Assembly: GCA_963783575.1 (NCBI GenBank)
Contig: CAWAOD010000011.1
Coordinates: forward strand, 448,001-512,000
DNA from: an uncultured Spirochaetota bacterium
GTDB lineage: Bacteria; Spirochaetota; Brevinematia; Brevinematales; JAOACQ01
Reading direction: 5' to 3'
Length of the DNA stretch: 64,000 nucleotides
A program made the position numbers and the translations under genes. Below are positions 54,289-63,812 of the stretch, one piece after another. Position 1 is the stretch's first letter. The number at the start of each line of letters is the position of its first letter. The notes below the pieces were generated by a model. It did no database searches and was not told where the DNA came from. It saw nothing but the letters and a program-made list of their open reading frames with translations.

Positions 54289-55019
54289 TTCTGTCTTATC
54301 CTCAACGCTTCATTTTCGATGTATTTTTGTGTATATAAACAAGTTGCAATACAAATGCCGCAAAATGTATCTTCAATATTTGTTCTTTCTTTTGCAAGTT
54401 TTCTTGCCGCCAACCGGCATTTGTCAGGATCAAAAAATTTATCTCTAAACAAACCCTTATGCCAATTTATCCCTTTGGGGGCTTTCCCCGGACATTTTTT
54501 TACACAAATATCACAATCTTTACAATATGATTCGGAAATGGAATTATCCTCCACATTAATATTAATATTTGCCAGAACAGTCGTGAATCTTATCGCTGAG
54601 CCAAACTCTTTTGTTATTAAGAGCGCACATTTACCGATCCAGCCTAATCCTGATAAAGTGGCCATTGTCTTATGCGGCAAATCTGTCATGTGATGGCCAT
54701 AAATTCCATCATTAGTCGCTCCCCATCTTTTTGTTCCATAGCCTAAATTATTTATATATTTTGTAATAAATAAGCTCAATTCATCCAGCTTATTATTAGT
54801 GTTCTCATATTCATGATAATATTCAGTTGTCGGCCCATTTTTTATTCCATTTATTATAAATGGATTCAATGCGATGCCTATTGAAATCCCTATTTTATTT
54901 TCGCCTATTATTTTTTTATCAATGATATCCAAACCGGCAAAACCCACAAGAGAAGCACCTTTCTCAATTAATTCATTTCTTATGGAATTTATTAAGATTA
55001 TATCTTCTTTATGGTTCAT
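54285..55019 (-). CDS. QueG-like (epoxyqueuosine reductase/RdhA-related) 4Fe-4S protein
   Basis: GASLVGFA, HKTMATLSGLGWIGKCALLIT.EFGS, CKDCDICVKKCP, CGICIATC. Confidence 0.8.
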   Translation of the reverse strand: MNHKEDIILINSIRNELIEKGASLVGFAGLDIIDKKIIGENKIGISIGIALNPFIINGIKNGPTTEYYHEYENTNNKLDELSLFITKYINNLGYGTKRWGATNDGIYGHHMTDLPHKTMATLSGLGWIGKCALLITKEFGSAIRFTTVLANININVEDNSISESYCKDCDICVKKCPGKAPKGINWHKGLFRDKFFDPDKCRLAARKLAKERTNIEDTFCGICIATCLYTQKYIENEALRIRQK

Positions 55020-55254
55020 AAAAGACCTCTACTATAAGTCAGTTATTATTCTAAAATACCGGCCCTATTTTGTCAAAGGGGCTGACAGTACCGGGATTAT
55101 GAGTTCATTTTCCGCTGCGATGCAGAACTTCCGGTTTAAAATTTGTCTTCAGGATTTTTGCGGTTTTTCCATCCCCGAAGTAGAATATATAACTGTTGTA
55201 AAATAATTTTTCTATTTCAGACTGTCAGAATTGGTTAAACATGGAGGCTTTATT

Positions 55255-55659
55255 ATGAAAAGGAATATTTTTATTCTCGGCATATTTATCTCGTTAATCT
55301 TTATGGCTGTTTCATGCACTATAGCCCCAAATTCAAGCTCATCTTCCTCAACGGCAAATTCATCCTCATCATCGGCAAGTTTATCTTCATCTAACTCTAT
55401 AGTCGGCACCTGGGCATTAAATTATTATTATTCAAATGCCGGAAGCGGTATTACCGCTACGACTTTCTCTGCGGACGGGACTTATTTTCAACAAGACGGC
55501 GACGGAGGGACCTGGACTCAGAATGGAACTAATGTCCGGTGGGTTACAACACATGCAGTGGCTGGTGTCGTATTTGACGGAACGATTTCAGGAACCAATA
55601 TGTCAGGTGTTATGACTAACGGGAGTTTAAACGGTTACTGGAGCGCTGTAAAGAATTAA
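55255..55659 (+). CDS. Lipoprotein with Ser-rich linker and small beta domain
   Basis: MKRNIFILGIFISLIFMAVS-C lipobox; poly-Ser linker; IVGTW motif; RBS ggagg. Confidence 0.75.
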   Translation: MKRNIFILGIFISLIFMAVSCTIAPNSSSSSSTANSSSSSASLSSSNSIVGTWALNYYYSNAGSGITATTFSADGTYFQQDGDGGTWTQNGTNVRWVTTHAVAGVVFDGTISGTNMSGVMTNGSLNGYWSAVKN

Positions 55660-55673
55660 TATTTCATTACTAA

Positions 55674-56432
55674 TTATTTATCATAATAATTCCTGTATAA
55701 CTCCGGTAAAATTATAGACAGGTTGGTGTATTCCCGGCTGCAGTGTTCGGCAAGCTCAAATGCCAGATTCTTGTTTGCGATTTTTTTCCAAACCATTTTT
55801 GGAAGATGCTCGCCTATCCAAAAACGGCTGATTAATGTAAGCCCATTTTGATTTTTCTTAAATATATGAGACATTTCGGTATGTTCAATAACGCCTTTTA
55901 ATAAGCCAACATGACCGCATATTAAAGTTTCTATGCCATTCTTTAAAAACAATGATTCATCAAAACCAAACTGCTGAGAAGTTAAAAACCTGATAGAAAG
56001 ATATGCTTTTGCAGCACCTATACGTTCAACGGGATATTGCATATTTGGCTTAAAGCCAATAAACGGCTCCCTGAAATAGTTTGCATTTTTTGCCGCAAAG
56101 CCGATATTGAAATGTTCCCCGGGAAACCAGACCTGATAACGTTCTTTTTCCTGTGGGTGCCACCAAAACCACCAGTCAATCATTTCCCGGGTAATACCGG
56201 GCATTTCGGTTTTCATGGCAACAAGCCAGCATCCGGAAGGCAGCCGTATAAAACCTGTTTCATTTTGCAAAGTAGTATCCCACAACAGCCTGTTTTTATC
56301 GGAAAAAGCAAGCGGAGTAATATCAGGGGACTGTTCAAGCTTTATTCGAATTTCTTCAGTAATCTGTGGAGCCGGGCAGTTCATTAATTTGATATACAAT
56401 TCTTGTTTCAAGAATACAGCCTCCTTAAACAT
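55674..56432 (-). CDS. PhlG/DAPG-hydrolase family protein
   Basis: MPGITREMIDWWFWWH, ERYQVWFPGEH, SRFWIG, EHCSREYTNL..ILPELY. Confidence 0.8.
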   Translation of the reverse strand: MFKEAVFLKQELYIKLMNCPAPQITEEIRIKLEQSPDITPLAFSDKNRLLWDTTLQNETGFIRLPSGCWLVAMKTEMPGITREMIDWWFWWHPQEKERYQVWFPGEHFNIGFAAKNANYFREPFIGFKPNMQYPVERIGAAKAYLSIRFLTSQQFGFDESLFLKNGIETLICGHVGLLKGVIEHTEMSHIFKKNQNGLTLISRFWIGEHLPKMVWKKIANKNLAFELAEHCSREYTNLSIILPELYRNYYDK

Positions 56433-56434
56433 TG

Positions 56435-56830
56435 TTAATGATCTTTTTTTCTTTTTATTTTTTCTTCTTCTCTTTTTATATTTTCTGAAACTCTGAATTT
56501 TACAATTTTACCGATCAATTCAAGAGGCAACGGTTTATCGATCGGAAATTGTACCGTACCTTTTGCAAATTTATATGATGTCAGTTCATTCTTAAATGAT
56601 TCAATACCGCTTGATGTAGGATAAAACCCAATGTGATTTTGAAAAGCTGCAAAATAAACTAAATTTCCCTTAAGCCAAAATGCAGGAATTTGATAACTGA
56701 TTCTTTCTTCCGCACCGGGAGCGGCTGTTTTTATTACTTCCCGTATTTCTCTCAATTTTTCCTGCACTTCTTCCGGAAAAGCCATAATGTATTCATCTAT
56801 AGTTTTATAGATATTTCTCTTATTTTCCAT
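56435..56830 (-). CDS. DUF1801 (YdhG-like) protein
   Basis: IDEYI..FP, EERISYQIPAF, HIGFYP, KGTVQFP..KPLP. Confidence 0.88.
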   Translation of the reverse strand: MENKRNIYKTIDEYIMAFPEEVQEKLREIREVIKTAAPGAEERISYQIPAFWLKGNLVYFAAFQNHIGFYPTSSGIESFKNELTSYKFAKGTVQFPIDKPLPLELIGKIVKFRVSENIKREEEKIKRKKDH

Positions 56831-56887
56831 GATTCCTCCTCGATTTTTTATTATAAAACGGCCTCCATTAACCAGGTTGAAGCCAAA

Positions 56888-58087
56888 TTATCCAATCCCC
56901 GCAATCTTTTTATACTCGAAAATCGCATCGACCGCTGCTTTTACTCCGTTACTTTCATGCAGAAGTTTTGAAAGTTCCCGGCTCTTCTCGCGAAAAGCCG
57001 GTTCTTTGAGTACATTGGCGATAGCCCGTGCAACCGCACTTGCATCAAGTTTATTCAGATAGAGGCCGCATCCCAAAGCCGTGCATTGAAGGGAAACCGT
57101 TCTTTGTTCTTCCTGGAACGGAACAAAGATAAGCGGGACACCGCAATACAATCCTTCATGTGCGCTGTTCATTCCTCCATGAGTTACGAAGACATCGGCG
57201 TTTTGAAGTACTTCCATCTGATTGACAAAACTGCGGACCACAAAATTGCCGGGAATAGTTCCCATTGCGTTGATATCGATTGCCTTGCCAACAGACATCA
57301 CTATCGTTCCTTCAAAACCGCACAGGGCTTTAAATGATTTTTTGTAGAAATCAGCCTGCTCATGCATTACGGTTCCGAATGAAATATACACAAGCGGTTT
57401 TTTTAGCCCCGAATAGTCGCTTTCACCGGCATTGACCCTCCCGGAAGAAATGGAGGGTCCAATAAATTTGAATTGCGCAGGATCATAGGAATCGCCATGC
57501 GGCTGTAGTTCCTTTATTGTGTATATGATGTTGAGCGGCGAAGTATTTACAAGGATTTCAAGGAGTCCGGTTTCTTTAATTCCATAATTTTTTCTCAAAT
57601 ATCTAACGCTCTTTGCTGATTTGGATAAAGCTTTCAAATCGACTGGCCTGATCCGGGAAATTATACTAAAAACGTTTTGTAAATTGATTGAATACGATCT
57701 GAAGAGGAAAGTCGTGATAGATGCAACTGAAGGAGTATTCGTTACGATTGCGGCAAACTTGCCCCAAGCCGCCAATGAATCGTGAATGACATAATCGGGT
57801 TTTTCGGTACGGATGATTTCAATACTCGGTTCGATTTCCCGGGAGGCTGTTTCTATAATTGCGCGGTACAAATACGATAAACGGCTTGATGTAAATGCCA
57901 GATTGATGCCTAGTTCCTTTCCCGGAGATTCGCGATACTCGGCCCCAGTAGAGAGTATCTTTTCCATAAACTCGGGGAAGGAATAATAAATAACCTTTTC
58001 ACCCTGTGAGGTCAATTCCCTTACTAAACCCAATGATGGATTAGTGTGACCAAGGGCTGGCATTCCAAAATACAAAACTTTGCTCAT
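56888..58087 (-). CDS. GT1 macrolide-type (MGT) UDP-glycosyltransferase
   Basis: GHTNPSL, VYISFGT, FVNQMEVL..ADVFVTHGGMNSAHEGL, PFQEEQ. Confidence 0.9.
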   Translation of the reverse strand: MSKVLYFGMPALGHTNPSLGLVRELTSQGEKVIYYSFPEFMEKILSTGAEYRESPGKELGINLAFTSSRLSYLYRAIIETASREIEPSIEIIRTEKPDYVIHDSLAAWGKFAAIVTNTPSVASITTFLFRSYSINLQNVFSIISRIRPVDLKALSKSAKSVRYLRKNYGIKETGLLEILVNTSPLNIIYTIKELQPHGDSYDPAQFKFIGPSISSGRVNAGESDYSGLKKPLVYISFGTVMHEQADFYKKSFKALCGFEGTIVMSVGKAIDINAMGTIPGNFVVRSFVNQMEVLQNADVFVTHGGMNSAHEGLYCGVPLIFVPFQEEQRTVSLQCTALGCGLYLNKLDASAVARAIANVLKEPAFREKSRELSKLLHESNGVKAAVDAIFEYKKIAGIG

Positions 58088-58164
58088 CTTTTAAACCCCA
58101 TTTTTAAATTGCTTCTATTCCAAAAAGCCCGGTAAAAATAAAACGAACAAGCCTATGAGATAGG

Positions 58165-58461
58165 TCAACCATAAAGTGTTCCAATAACCGCGCGTGCCAT
58201 CGGCAAGACTTCATATTGAAGGAGTCCTTTGGCCGGGTCTTGCTCCAGGAGGCCGCGCATTTCGGCCTCGTCCCTGACCTGATAAATACCGATTCCATAC
58301 ACACCCCTGGGGTCCATCACCGGTCCGAAAATAATTGCGATTCCTCTCTCAGCTTTTTCTGACCAATATGCAACGTGTTTATCCATAATCGAGCGTTCCT
58401 CGGAAGTCATATCGAGGTGGAACGTAGGTCTGGGGTTCTGGGTTCTTATGAAAAAGTACAT
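58165..58461 (-). CDS. YciI family protein
   Basis: PRPTF, HVAYW, FGPVMDP, EQDPA; RBS aaggagg. Confidence 0.85.
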   Translation of the reverse strand: MYFFIRTQNPRPTFHLDMTSEERSIMDKHVAYWSEKAERGIAIIFGPVMDPRGVYGIGIYQVRDEAEMRGLLEQDPAKGLLQYEVLPMARAVIGTLYG

Positions 58462-58491
58462 ACAAACCTCCTTTCTTTGGTCCGGGGCAGC

Positions 58492-59352
58492 TTAGTTATT
58501 TGGAAGCTCTTGCTGGAAATCTTTATAATTCTGCACCATAATATTTTCTGGTTCATAGCAGACTCTTAAACAATCAAACAGCTTAGAAGATATATCTTGC
58601 GATAATCTATCATTTGTTAGACAACCATCGAAGTATGTTCCTAAGACATAGTAAGTTGCATCTATAAGATTACTTGCAATTCTAGATGAATGGCTTTTTT
58701 CGAACATTGCATTTTCAATCCATTTTAAACAAAGTAATGTAACAGCTAGGCTAAATCTAAATATAAAGGAATTTGCTCTAATGTTTTCATTTTCTTCAGT
58801 CTTATAACCATGGGTTATCCAGATGGCATGAGCATCTTCTAGAGCAAGGCTCACAATTTTCTGTTTTAATTCAATAGAAGCGGAATACCAATTAGCATAT
58901 TGCTTTAGTTCTTTTTGTATAAATCCAGACTTAAATGTTCTGAGTGAATCAATCTCATCCTGTGCATTACGATCTTTTTCTGAAAACCAATTATTTGCAA
59001 TTTCACTATTTTGCTTTAATAATTCGTCTTCAGTCTCAATAATATTAAATACTAGCGAAGAAAAAACGGTCGTTTTTCTGTCAATTAAATCATCTGGGTT
59101 TACGATTGTATTATTCGTTATCCTGATGACATCACGCATATCTTTAAGGAAAAGAATTTTTTTCGGGTAATTTTTTACTACTTCTATGGATCTTCTAAGA
59201 TTTATTTGAGCGTCTCCACGGGTTGACTCAAGAGCTGTATAATCATGCAAAATTGCAATATTTCCATCTTTCAAATATTGCATTAATCCACTCTCCTTAG
59301 TTGACAGTCTTAAGTAATTTTGATCAACTACTTTTCTTTTCTGTACGATCAA
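58492..59352 (-). CDS. Hypothetical protein, possibly PIN-like fold
   Basis: 286 aa; N-terminal VVDQNYL and C-terminal NLIDATY...YFDGCLTND acidic motifs; TTG start with RBS ggagg inside the vapC 3' end. Confidence 0.55.
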   Translation of the reverse strand: MIVQKRKVVDQNYLRLSTKESGLMQYLKDGNIAILHDYTALESTRGDAQINLRRSIEVVKNYPKKILFLKDMRDVIRITNNTIVNPDDLIDRKTTVFSSLVFNIIETEDELLKQNSEIANNWFSEKDRNAQDEIDSLRTFKSGFIQKELKQYANWYSASIELKQKIVSLALEDAHAIWITHGYKTEENENIRANSFIFRFSLAVTLLCLKWIENAMFEKSHSSRIASNLIDATYYVLGTYFDGCLTNDRLSQDISSKLFDCLRVCYEPENIMVQNYKDFQQELPNN

Positions 59353-59737
59353 ACCTACCTCCCGGATCGAATTTTACTATTTGTATGTTTGGTATATGTT
59401 TATAATGCTTATCATTTGCGGTAAGAAGGATGTCAGAATTATTGATGCAGGTTGCCGCTATTAAAGAATCCGCCAGCTCCATGGAGTGACTTAGGAAATA
59501 CTCTTCAGCATAAATCATTGCGCGAGCAGAAATATCATTACTGATCTGTATTATGTCAACATTCCATTTTGATATTTGTTTGTTAAATTTATTGAGTTCC
59601 TGCTTGTTTTTCATTCCCTGAACAAGTTCAATATAAGTAACAACGGAAATACTAAACGGAATATTTTTATAAATTATTTCTTTTGCTTTTAAATTACCCC
59701 GCAATTCCCAAATAATTACATCGGTATCGATTATCAA
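59324..59737 (-). CDS. vapC: VapC PIN-domain toxin
   Basis: MIIDTDVII, ELVQG, LADSLIAAT, LLTANDKHY; overlaps the antitoxin stop by 4 nt. Confidence 0.92.
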   Translation of the reverse strand: MIIDTDVIIWELRGNLKAKEIIYKNIPFSISVVTYIELVQGMKNKQELNKFNKQISKWNVDIIQISNDISARAMIYAEEYFLSHSMELADSLIAATCINNSDILLTANDKHYKHIPNIQIVKFDPGGRFDRTEKKSS

Positions 59738-59973
59738 AAAGCCCTCCTTTTCCTAAGTTCGCGGACTTGTTCATCAATGGATATATTTTGATTATGCTTC
59801 TCCCACATACCAAATATTTCATCCCTGTCGATATTCTGCTCTTTATTATTTTTATAAGGGATAAGCCTGGCAGCTTTTTTCCCGCGCAAAGTAATTATAA
59901 TTTCGATTCCCCTGGCAGCCTGCTCTATTATTTTACCGGGTTTACCCCGCAGTTCTTTAGCGGAAACTTCCAT
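59734..59973 (-). CDS. Phd/YefM family antitoxin
   Basis: MEVSAKELR...IIITLRGKKAARLIP; directly upstream of vapC. Confidence 0.88.
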   Translation of the reverse strand: MEVSAKELRGKPGKIIEQAARGIEIIITLRGKKAARLIPYKNNKEQNIDRDEIFGMWEKHNQNISIDEQVRELRKRRAF

Positions 59974-59989
59974 ATTGACCTCTTAAAAC

Positions 59990-60031
59990 AAGTATACACT
60001 ATAAGTATACACTTTCTTATCAGTTTGTCAA
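59990..60031 (-). promoter_or_regulatory. Toxin-antitoxin promoter and tandem operator
   Basis: TTGACA-16 bp-TATACT; direct repeat AAGTATACACT at 59990 and 60003, each with a GTATAC palindrome, overlapping the -10. Confidence 0.7.
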
Positions 60032-60855
60032 CTTTTTTTTTCAAACTCTTTTCCATAAAGATTTTTTGCGCTTGACTGCATTACTGTTACCGCGGCTTTC
60101 CGGCTCAGGATCTTCCTCATAAAAAATGACGCCAGTTTATTTACAAATCCTGGAATAAAAACAACACGGCTTCCGAAAGCCTTTAATGCCTGTTCGGCTA
60201 CATCCGATGGTTCCATTACAGGTACTCCCGATATTTTTCTGTCTTTTGGAAGGCTTTTAAGAAAGTTTTCTGTCCGTGTAGCCCCGGGACAGCATACCAT
60301 CAGGTCAATACCGCTGCTTTTAAATTCACGGGCAAGACCTTCCCCCAATATAAGCATATAAGCCTTTGACGCGCCATAGTTGGATAGGAAAGGCGTGCCT
60401 TGAAACGCTGATAATGATGACATCAGGATAATACCGCTATGTTTCCGTTTTTTCATTAATCTGCCGAAATGATGAATGATCCTGACAGGCGCACGGCAGT
60501 TGATGTCGATCAGCTTCATATGGTCTTCAACAGGCTGGTCAAGAAATTCGCCGATAGCCGGAAATGTCGCGTTATAAATCACAATTCCAATATCAAGGCC
60601 TTGAGTTTTGTTATCCAACTCCGTTAAAAAATCCGGAGAACCGAGATCTATGGTTAGAGCCCGTATAGAAACCGAATACTTTTTCGAAAGACTTTCCGAA
60701 AGAACGGAAAGCTCTTTTTCTCTCCTTGCGATCAGGACAATATTTAACCCTCTTTCGGCGAGCCTGTCCGTGTATGCTGCTCCTAGGCCGGCCGAGGCTC
60801 CCGCAATGAGCGCCCAGGGGCCGTAAACATCATTGAATTCGCTTTTTTTTCTCAT
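60028..60855 (-). CDS. SDR family oxidoreductase
   Basis: YGPWALIAGASAGLG, catalytic YGASK, CPGAT. Confidence 0.9.
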   Translation of the reverse strand: MRKKSEFNDVYGPWALIAGASAGLGAAYTDRLAERGLNIVLIARREKELSVLSESLSKKYSVSIRALTIDLGSPDFLTELDNKTQGLDIGIVIYNATFPAIGEFLDQPVEDHMKLIDINCRAPVRIIHHFGRLMKKRKHSGIILMSSLSAFQGTPFLSNYGASKAYMLILGEGLAREFKSSGIDLMVCCPGATRTENFLKSLPKDRKISGVPVMEPSDVAEQALKAFGSRVVFIPGFVNKLASFFMRKILSRKAAVTVMQSSAKNLYGKEFEKKS

Positions 60856-62077
60856 TTTTCAGTCCTCCTTTCGGTAAATGGGTGATCGTTCTTCCAGATC
60901 CTAGCAATGATAATAAATGGAAAAATAAACCAGGCCGCGCAAGAAGCAGGGGATCGAAATGCCCTTCCCACCAATGCACCACATCAATGAAAATCCGGGG
61001 TGGCCATGCCGGATAGGTAAAATTCGAAGGGTTCAATGTAACCGGGTTAGGTATAACGATCTGCTCCAGGCTGATAATATAAGAGACAAACAGGAAATTG
61101 AACAGAATATACCCAAGGATTATAATATCCAGTGGACACTTGCGGAGGGGAATTACAGTTTCGCCCTCTCTCAGGTGTTGCGGGGGCAGAGGAACCAGGG
61201 CGGAAACGCTTTTCATCCTCTCCTGGTAGTCCGGACGGCCGATTTTCATCCTCCGGTCCGCAAGGGGAACACTGACAAATGTAAAAAGGATGATAATAAC
61301 TGCTGGGCCGACAATCAGCCGGAGTTGAAACGACCCGGAAGCGACGGCAAAAATGAAAATTCCGCACCAGAAAAGAATTTCCCCGAAATAGTTTGGGTGC
61401 CTGGACCAGGCCCACAGACCTTTTTCAAGCAACCGGCATTTTTCCACGCTTTGCTTTTTAAATTCCCAGAGCTGCCGGTCAGCTATCGATTCTATCAAAA
61501 TCGCGCCTGCGCTAACCATTAAAGCAATGAGATCAGCAATATTCAGCGGATCCGCTCCACGGCGGAATACTGAAAAGAGGGGCAGTAAGGCTAGGAATAC
61601 AATAACTGTAGGAAAAAGATGAAATCCCAGAAAGCTCAAAGCCCAATACCAGTTTCCCGACTTTTTTCTGAAATCGGAGTATCTCCAGTCTTCGTCTTCA
61701 AACCCCCGCCAACGCCTCATCCAATTCCAGGTAAGCCTTATTGACCAGATCAGGATGACAATAATTACAATAACTCCCCGGGCAGAAAAAATACCCTGAG
61801 AGAATGCCATATAAAAAACAATCGGAATCGGCGCAACGCTCCAATAAGGGTCGTAAAAGCTGGAATTATCGCTTAATATGCTAAAGATAAAAATAATTAC
61901 CGTTGCGGCCAGGTCTGCCAGGGCAGCAACCCGGATAATTGGCTTACCCTGGAATAAAATTACAACTAAGGCCGCCGTTAATAAAGCGAGCAGATAAATA
62001 AGGCCGCAAAATAAAAGCGATCTTGTTTTCGTAAGCGTGCCGGTTTTACCCCGCTGTCCTTTAGCTGAAACTTCCAT
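60830..62077 (-). CDS. Chimeric DUF1295 (steroid 5-alpha-reductase-like) membrane protein with antitoxin-derived N-terminus and partial EBP/EXPERA-like C-terminus
   Basis: YDPYWS, EDWRY, GLWAWSRHPNYFGE (DUF1295); starts MEVSAKGQRGKTG; tail YPAWPP...WW..HFDPLLLARP; RBS gagg before ATG 62077. Confidence 0.75.
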   Translation of the reverse strand: MEVSAKGQRGKTGTLTKTRSLLFCGLIYLLALLTAALVVILFQGKPIIRVAALADLAATVIIFIFSILSDNSSFYDPYWSVAPIPIVFYMAFSQGIFSARGVIVIIVILIWSIRLTWNWMRRWRGFEDEDWRYSDFRKKSGNWYWALSFLGFHLFPTVIVFLALLPLFSVFRRGADPLNIADLIALMVSAGAILIESIADRQLWEFKKQSVEKCRLLEKGLWAWSRHPNYFGEILFWCGIFIFAVASGSFQLRLIVGPAVIIILFTFVSVPLADRRMKIGRPDYQERMKSVSALVPLPPQHLREGETVIPLRKCPLDIIILGYILFNFLFVSYIISLEQIVIPNPVTLNPSNFTYPAWPPRIFIDVVHWWEGHFDPLLLARPGLFFHLLSLLGSGRTITHLPKGGLKNEKKKRIQ

Positions 62078-62122
62078 ATTAACCTCTTTTAACAAGCGTA
62101 CCGCTTTGGTTCCCTTCGTCAA

Positions 62123-63812
62123 CAGACTGTGTGAAAACACAGTAAATATGCTATAATTATTAGAACAAAATAATCGGAGTAAAAGATGAAGCATATTGAG
62201 GGAGAATCAAGGGATCAGATAGTTCTGTTCAATGAAACACTGGAAGATCTGTTAGGAGAAGAAGATCCGGTAAGGTTTATAGATATTTTTGTTGATAAGC
62301 TAAATATGAAAGGAGTTGGTTTTAAAGTAAAAGAAGCATCAACCGGCAGAAGTTCATATAAATCCGAAATACTTTTAAAAATCTATATTTACGGATATTT
62401 GAATAAAATCAGGACAAGCAGGAAATTAGAGAGAGAGTGCCGAAGAAACACAGAGTTGATGTGGCTGACTGGACGACTAGCGCCGGATTTCAAGACGATT
62501 GCCGACTTCAGGAAAGATAATAAGAAGGGAATACAGTCGATATTCAGAGAATTTTTGAAGATATGTCATAAAGCCGGGCTTTTATCATTTGACGTTGTTG
62601 GAATTGATGGAACCAAGATCAGTGCGCAAAACCACAATAACAATGTTTATCATAGGAAAAACATAGAAGAAATCATACATAGAATAGATCAAAAGATCGA
62701 AGAATATTTGAATGAGATGGATAAGAACGATAAGGAAGAAAAGAATGAATTTGAATTTCTTTCCGGAAAGATAGCGGAACGTTTAAAGAAAATGAAAACA
62801 AAAAAGGATAAAGTTGAGGCTATTAAAAAGATTTTTGAGGGAAATCCTGAAATGGAGAAATATTATTCAAATGACCCGGAAAGCCGGTTTATGAATGATA
62901 AAGGGAAATCCGACATTGCATATAATCTGCAGATGGCAGTAGATGATGCGAATAAACTGATTGTGGTGATTGATGTGACGAATGAAAACAATGATATCAA
63001 ACAGATGGCAGGAATGTGTGACCGAGTAGAAGAAATAAAGGACGAGCTTAAGGTAGAGACTGAAACGGTCAAAGTATCGGATGCCGGTTATTACAGCGAA
63101 CCGCAGATACTGGAATGTATAGATAAGGGACATAACGTATATATGCCGAATCCGGATGACGGACATAAGGCAAGGATTCGAGGCAAAGAAGATAATAAAG
63201 GAGTACCTGCTGAAGAATACCAGGTTGATAAATTCAAATATGATCCGGGACAAAATGTTTATTATTGTCCGGAGGGAAACCCATTAGTGAGAAATGGGAA
63301 AAAAGTAGAGAAGGTCAATGGAGGAAAAGAGATAGTCAGGTACAAGTGCGGCTTATGCAGCCAATGTGAAGTAAGAAATAAGTGTACTGAAAGCGTGGAA
63401 GGACGAAGTATCAAAGTACCAGTTAGAAAAGAAGAAATTGAGAACTTCAAGAGGAAAATTCGTTCTGAAGCCGGGAAAAAGATCATAGAGAAAAGGAAAG
63501 AGATATGTGAACATCCATTTGGATCGATAAAAAGGAATATGGGTTACAGTTATTTTTTAATGAAGGGAAAGGATGGCGTTCTGACGGAATCCAGTTTGGC
63601 AGGATTCATTCATAATTTAATAAAAGTATTGAATATATTGGGAATAAAGAGACTTATGACTCTGGTTTGATGCTAATAAACCATCGTTTATCGTATTCGG
63701 ATAGATTTTTTAAACTAAGATTTTTTTAGCTTGAAAAATATATCAAAAAATGGAGTTTTTGTATAATTAATCGATTTTACTATAAAATTTTACTGAGTTT
63801 TCACACAGTCTG
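62123..63812 (+). mobile_element. Complete IS1182-family insertion sequence (1690 bp)
   Basis: 24-bp terminal inverted repeats, 23/24 match (cagactgtgtgaaaacacagtaaa at 62123; tttactgagttttcacacagtctg at 63789-63812), flanked by a CAA duplication (62120-62122 and 63813-63815). Confidence 0.92.
62186..63670 (+). CDS. IS1182 family DDE transposase
   Basis: SRKLERE, PDFKTIADFRK, IDGTKI, DAGY, YYCPEG...C..C..R..CT, EHPFGSIK. Confidence 0.95.
   Translation: MKHIEGESRDQIVLFNETLEDLLGEEDPVRFIDIFVDKLNMKGVGFKVKEASTGRSSYKSEILLKIYIYGYLNKIRTSRKLERECRRNTELMWLTGRLAPDFKTIADFRKDNKKGIQSIFREFLKICHKAGLLSFDVVGIDGTKISAQNHNNNVYHRKNIEEIIHRIDQKIEEYLNEMDKNDKEEKNEFEFLSGKIAERLKKMKTKKDKVEAIKKIFEGNPEMEKYYSNDPESRFMNDKGKSDIAYNLQMAVDDANKLIVVIDVTNENNDIKQMAGMCDRVEEIKDELKVETETVKVSDAGYYSEPQILECIDKGHNVYMPNPDDGHKARIRGKEDNKGVPAEEYQVDKFKYDPGQNVYYCPEGNPLVRNGKKVEKVNGGKEIVRYKCGLCSQCEVRNKCTESVEGRSIKVPVRKEEIENFKRKIRSEAGKKIIEKRKEICEHPFGSIKRNMGYSYFLMKGKDGVLTESSLAGFIHNLIKVLNILGIKRLMTLV

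Noticed and set aside
62078..62194. N-terminal extension of the 454-aa DUF1295 ORF
   Set aside because: It runs through the IS end and repeat; the RBS-supported start is 62077.
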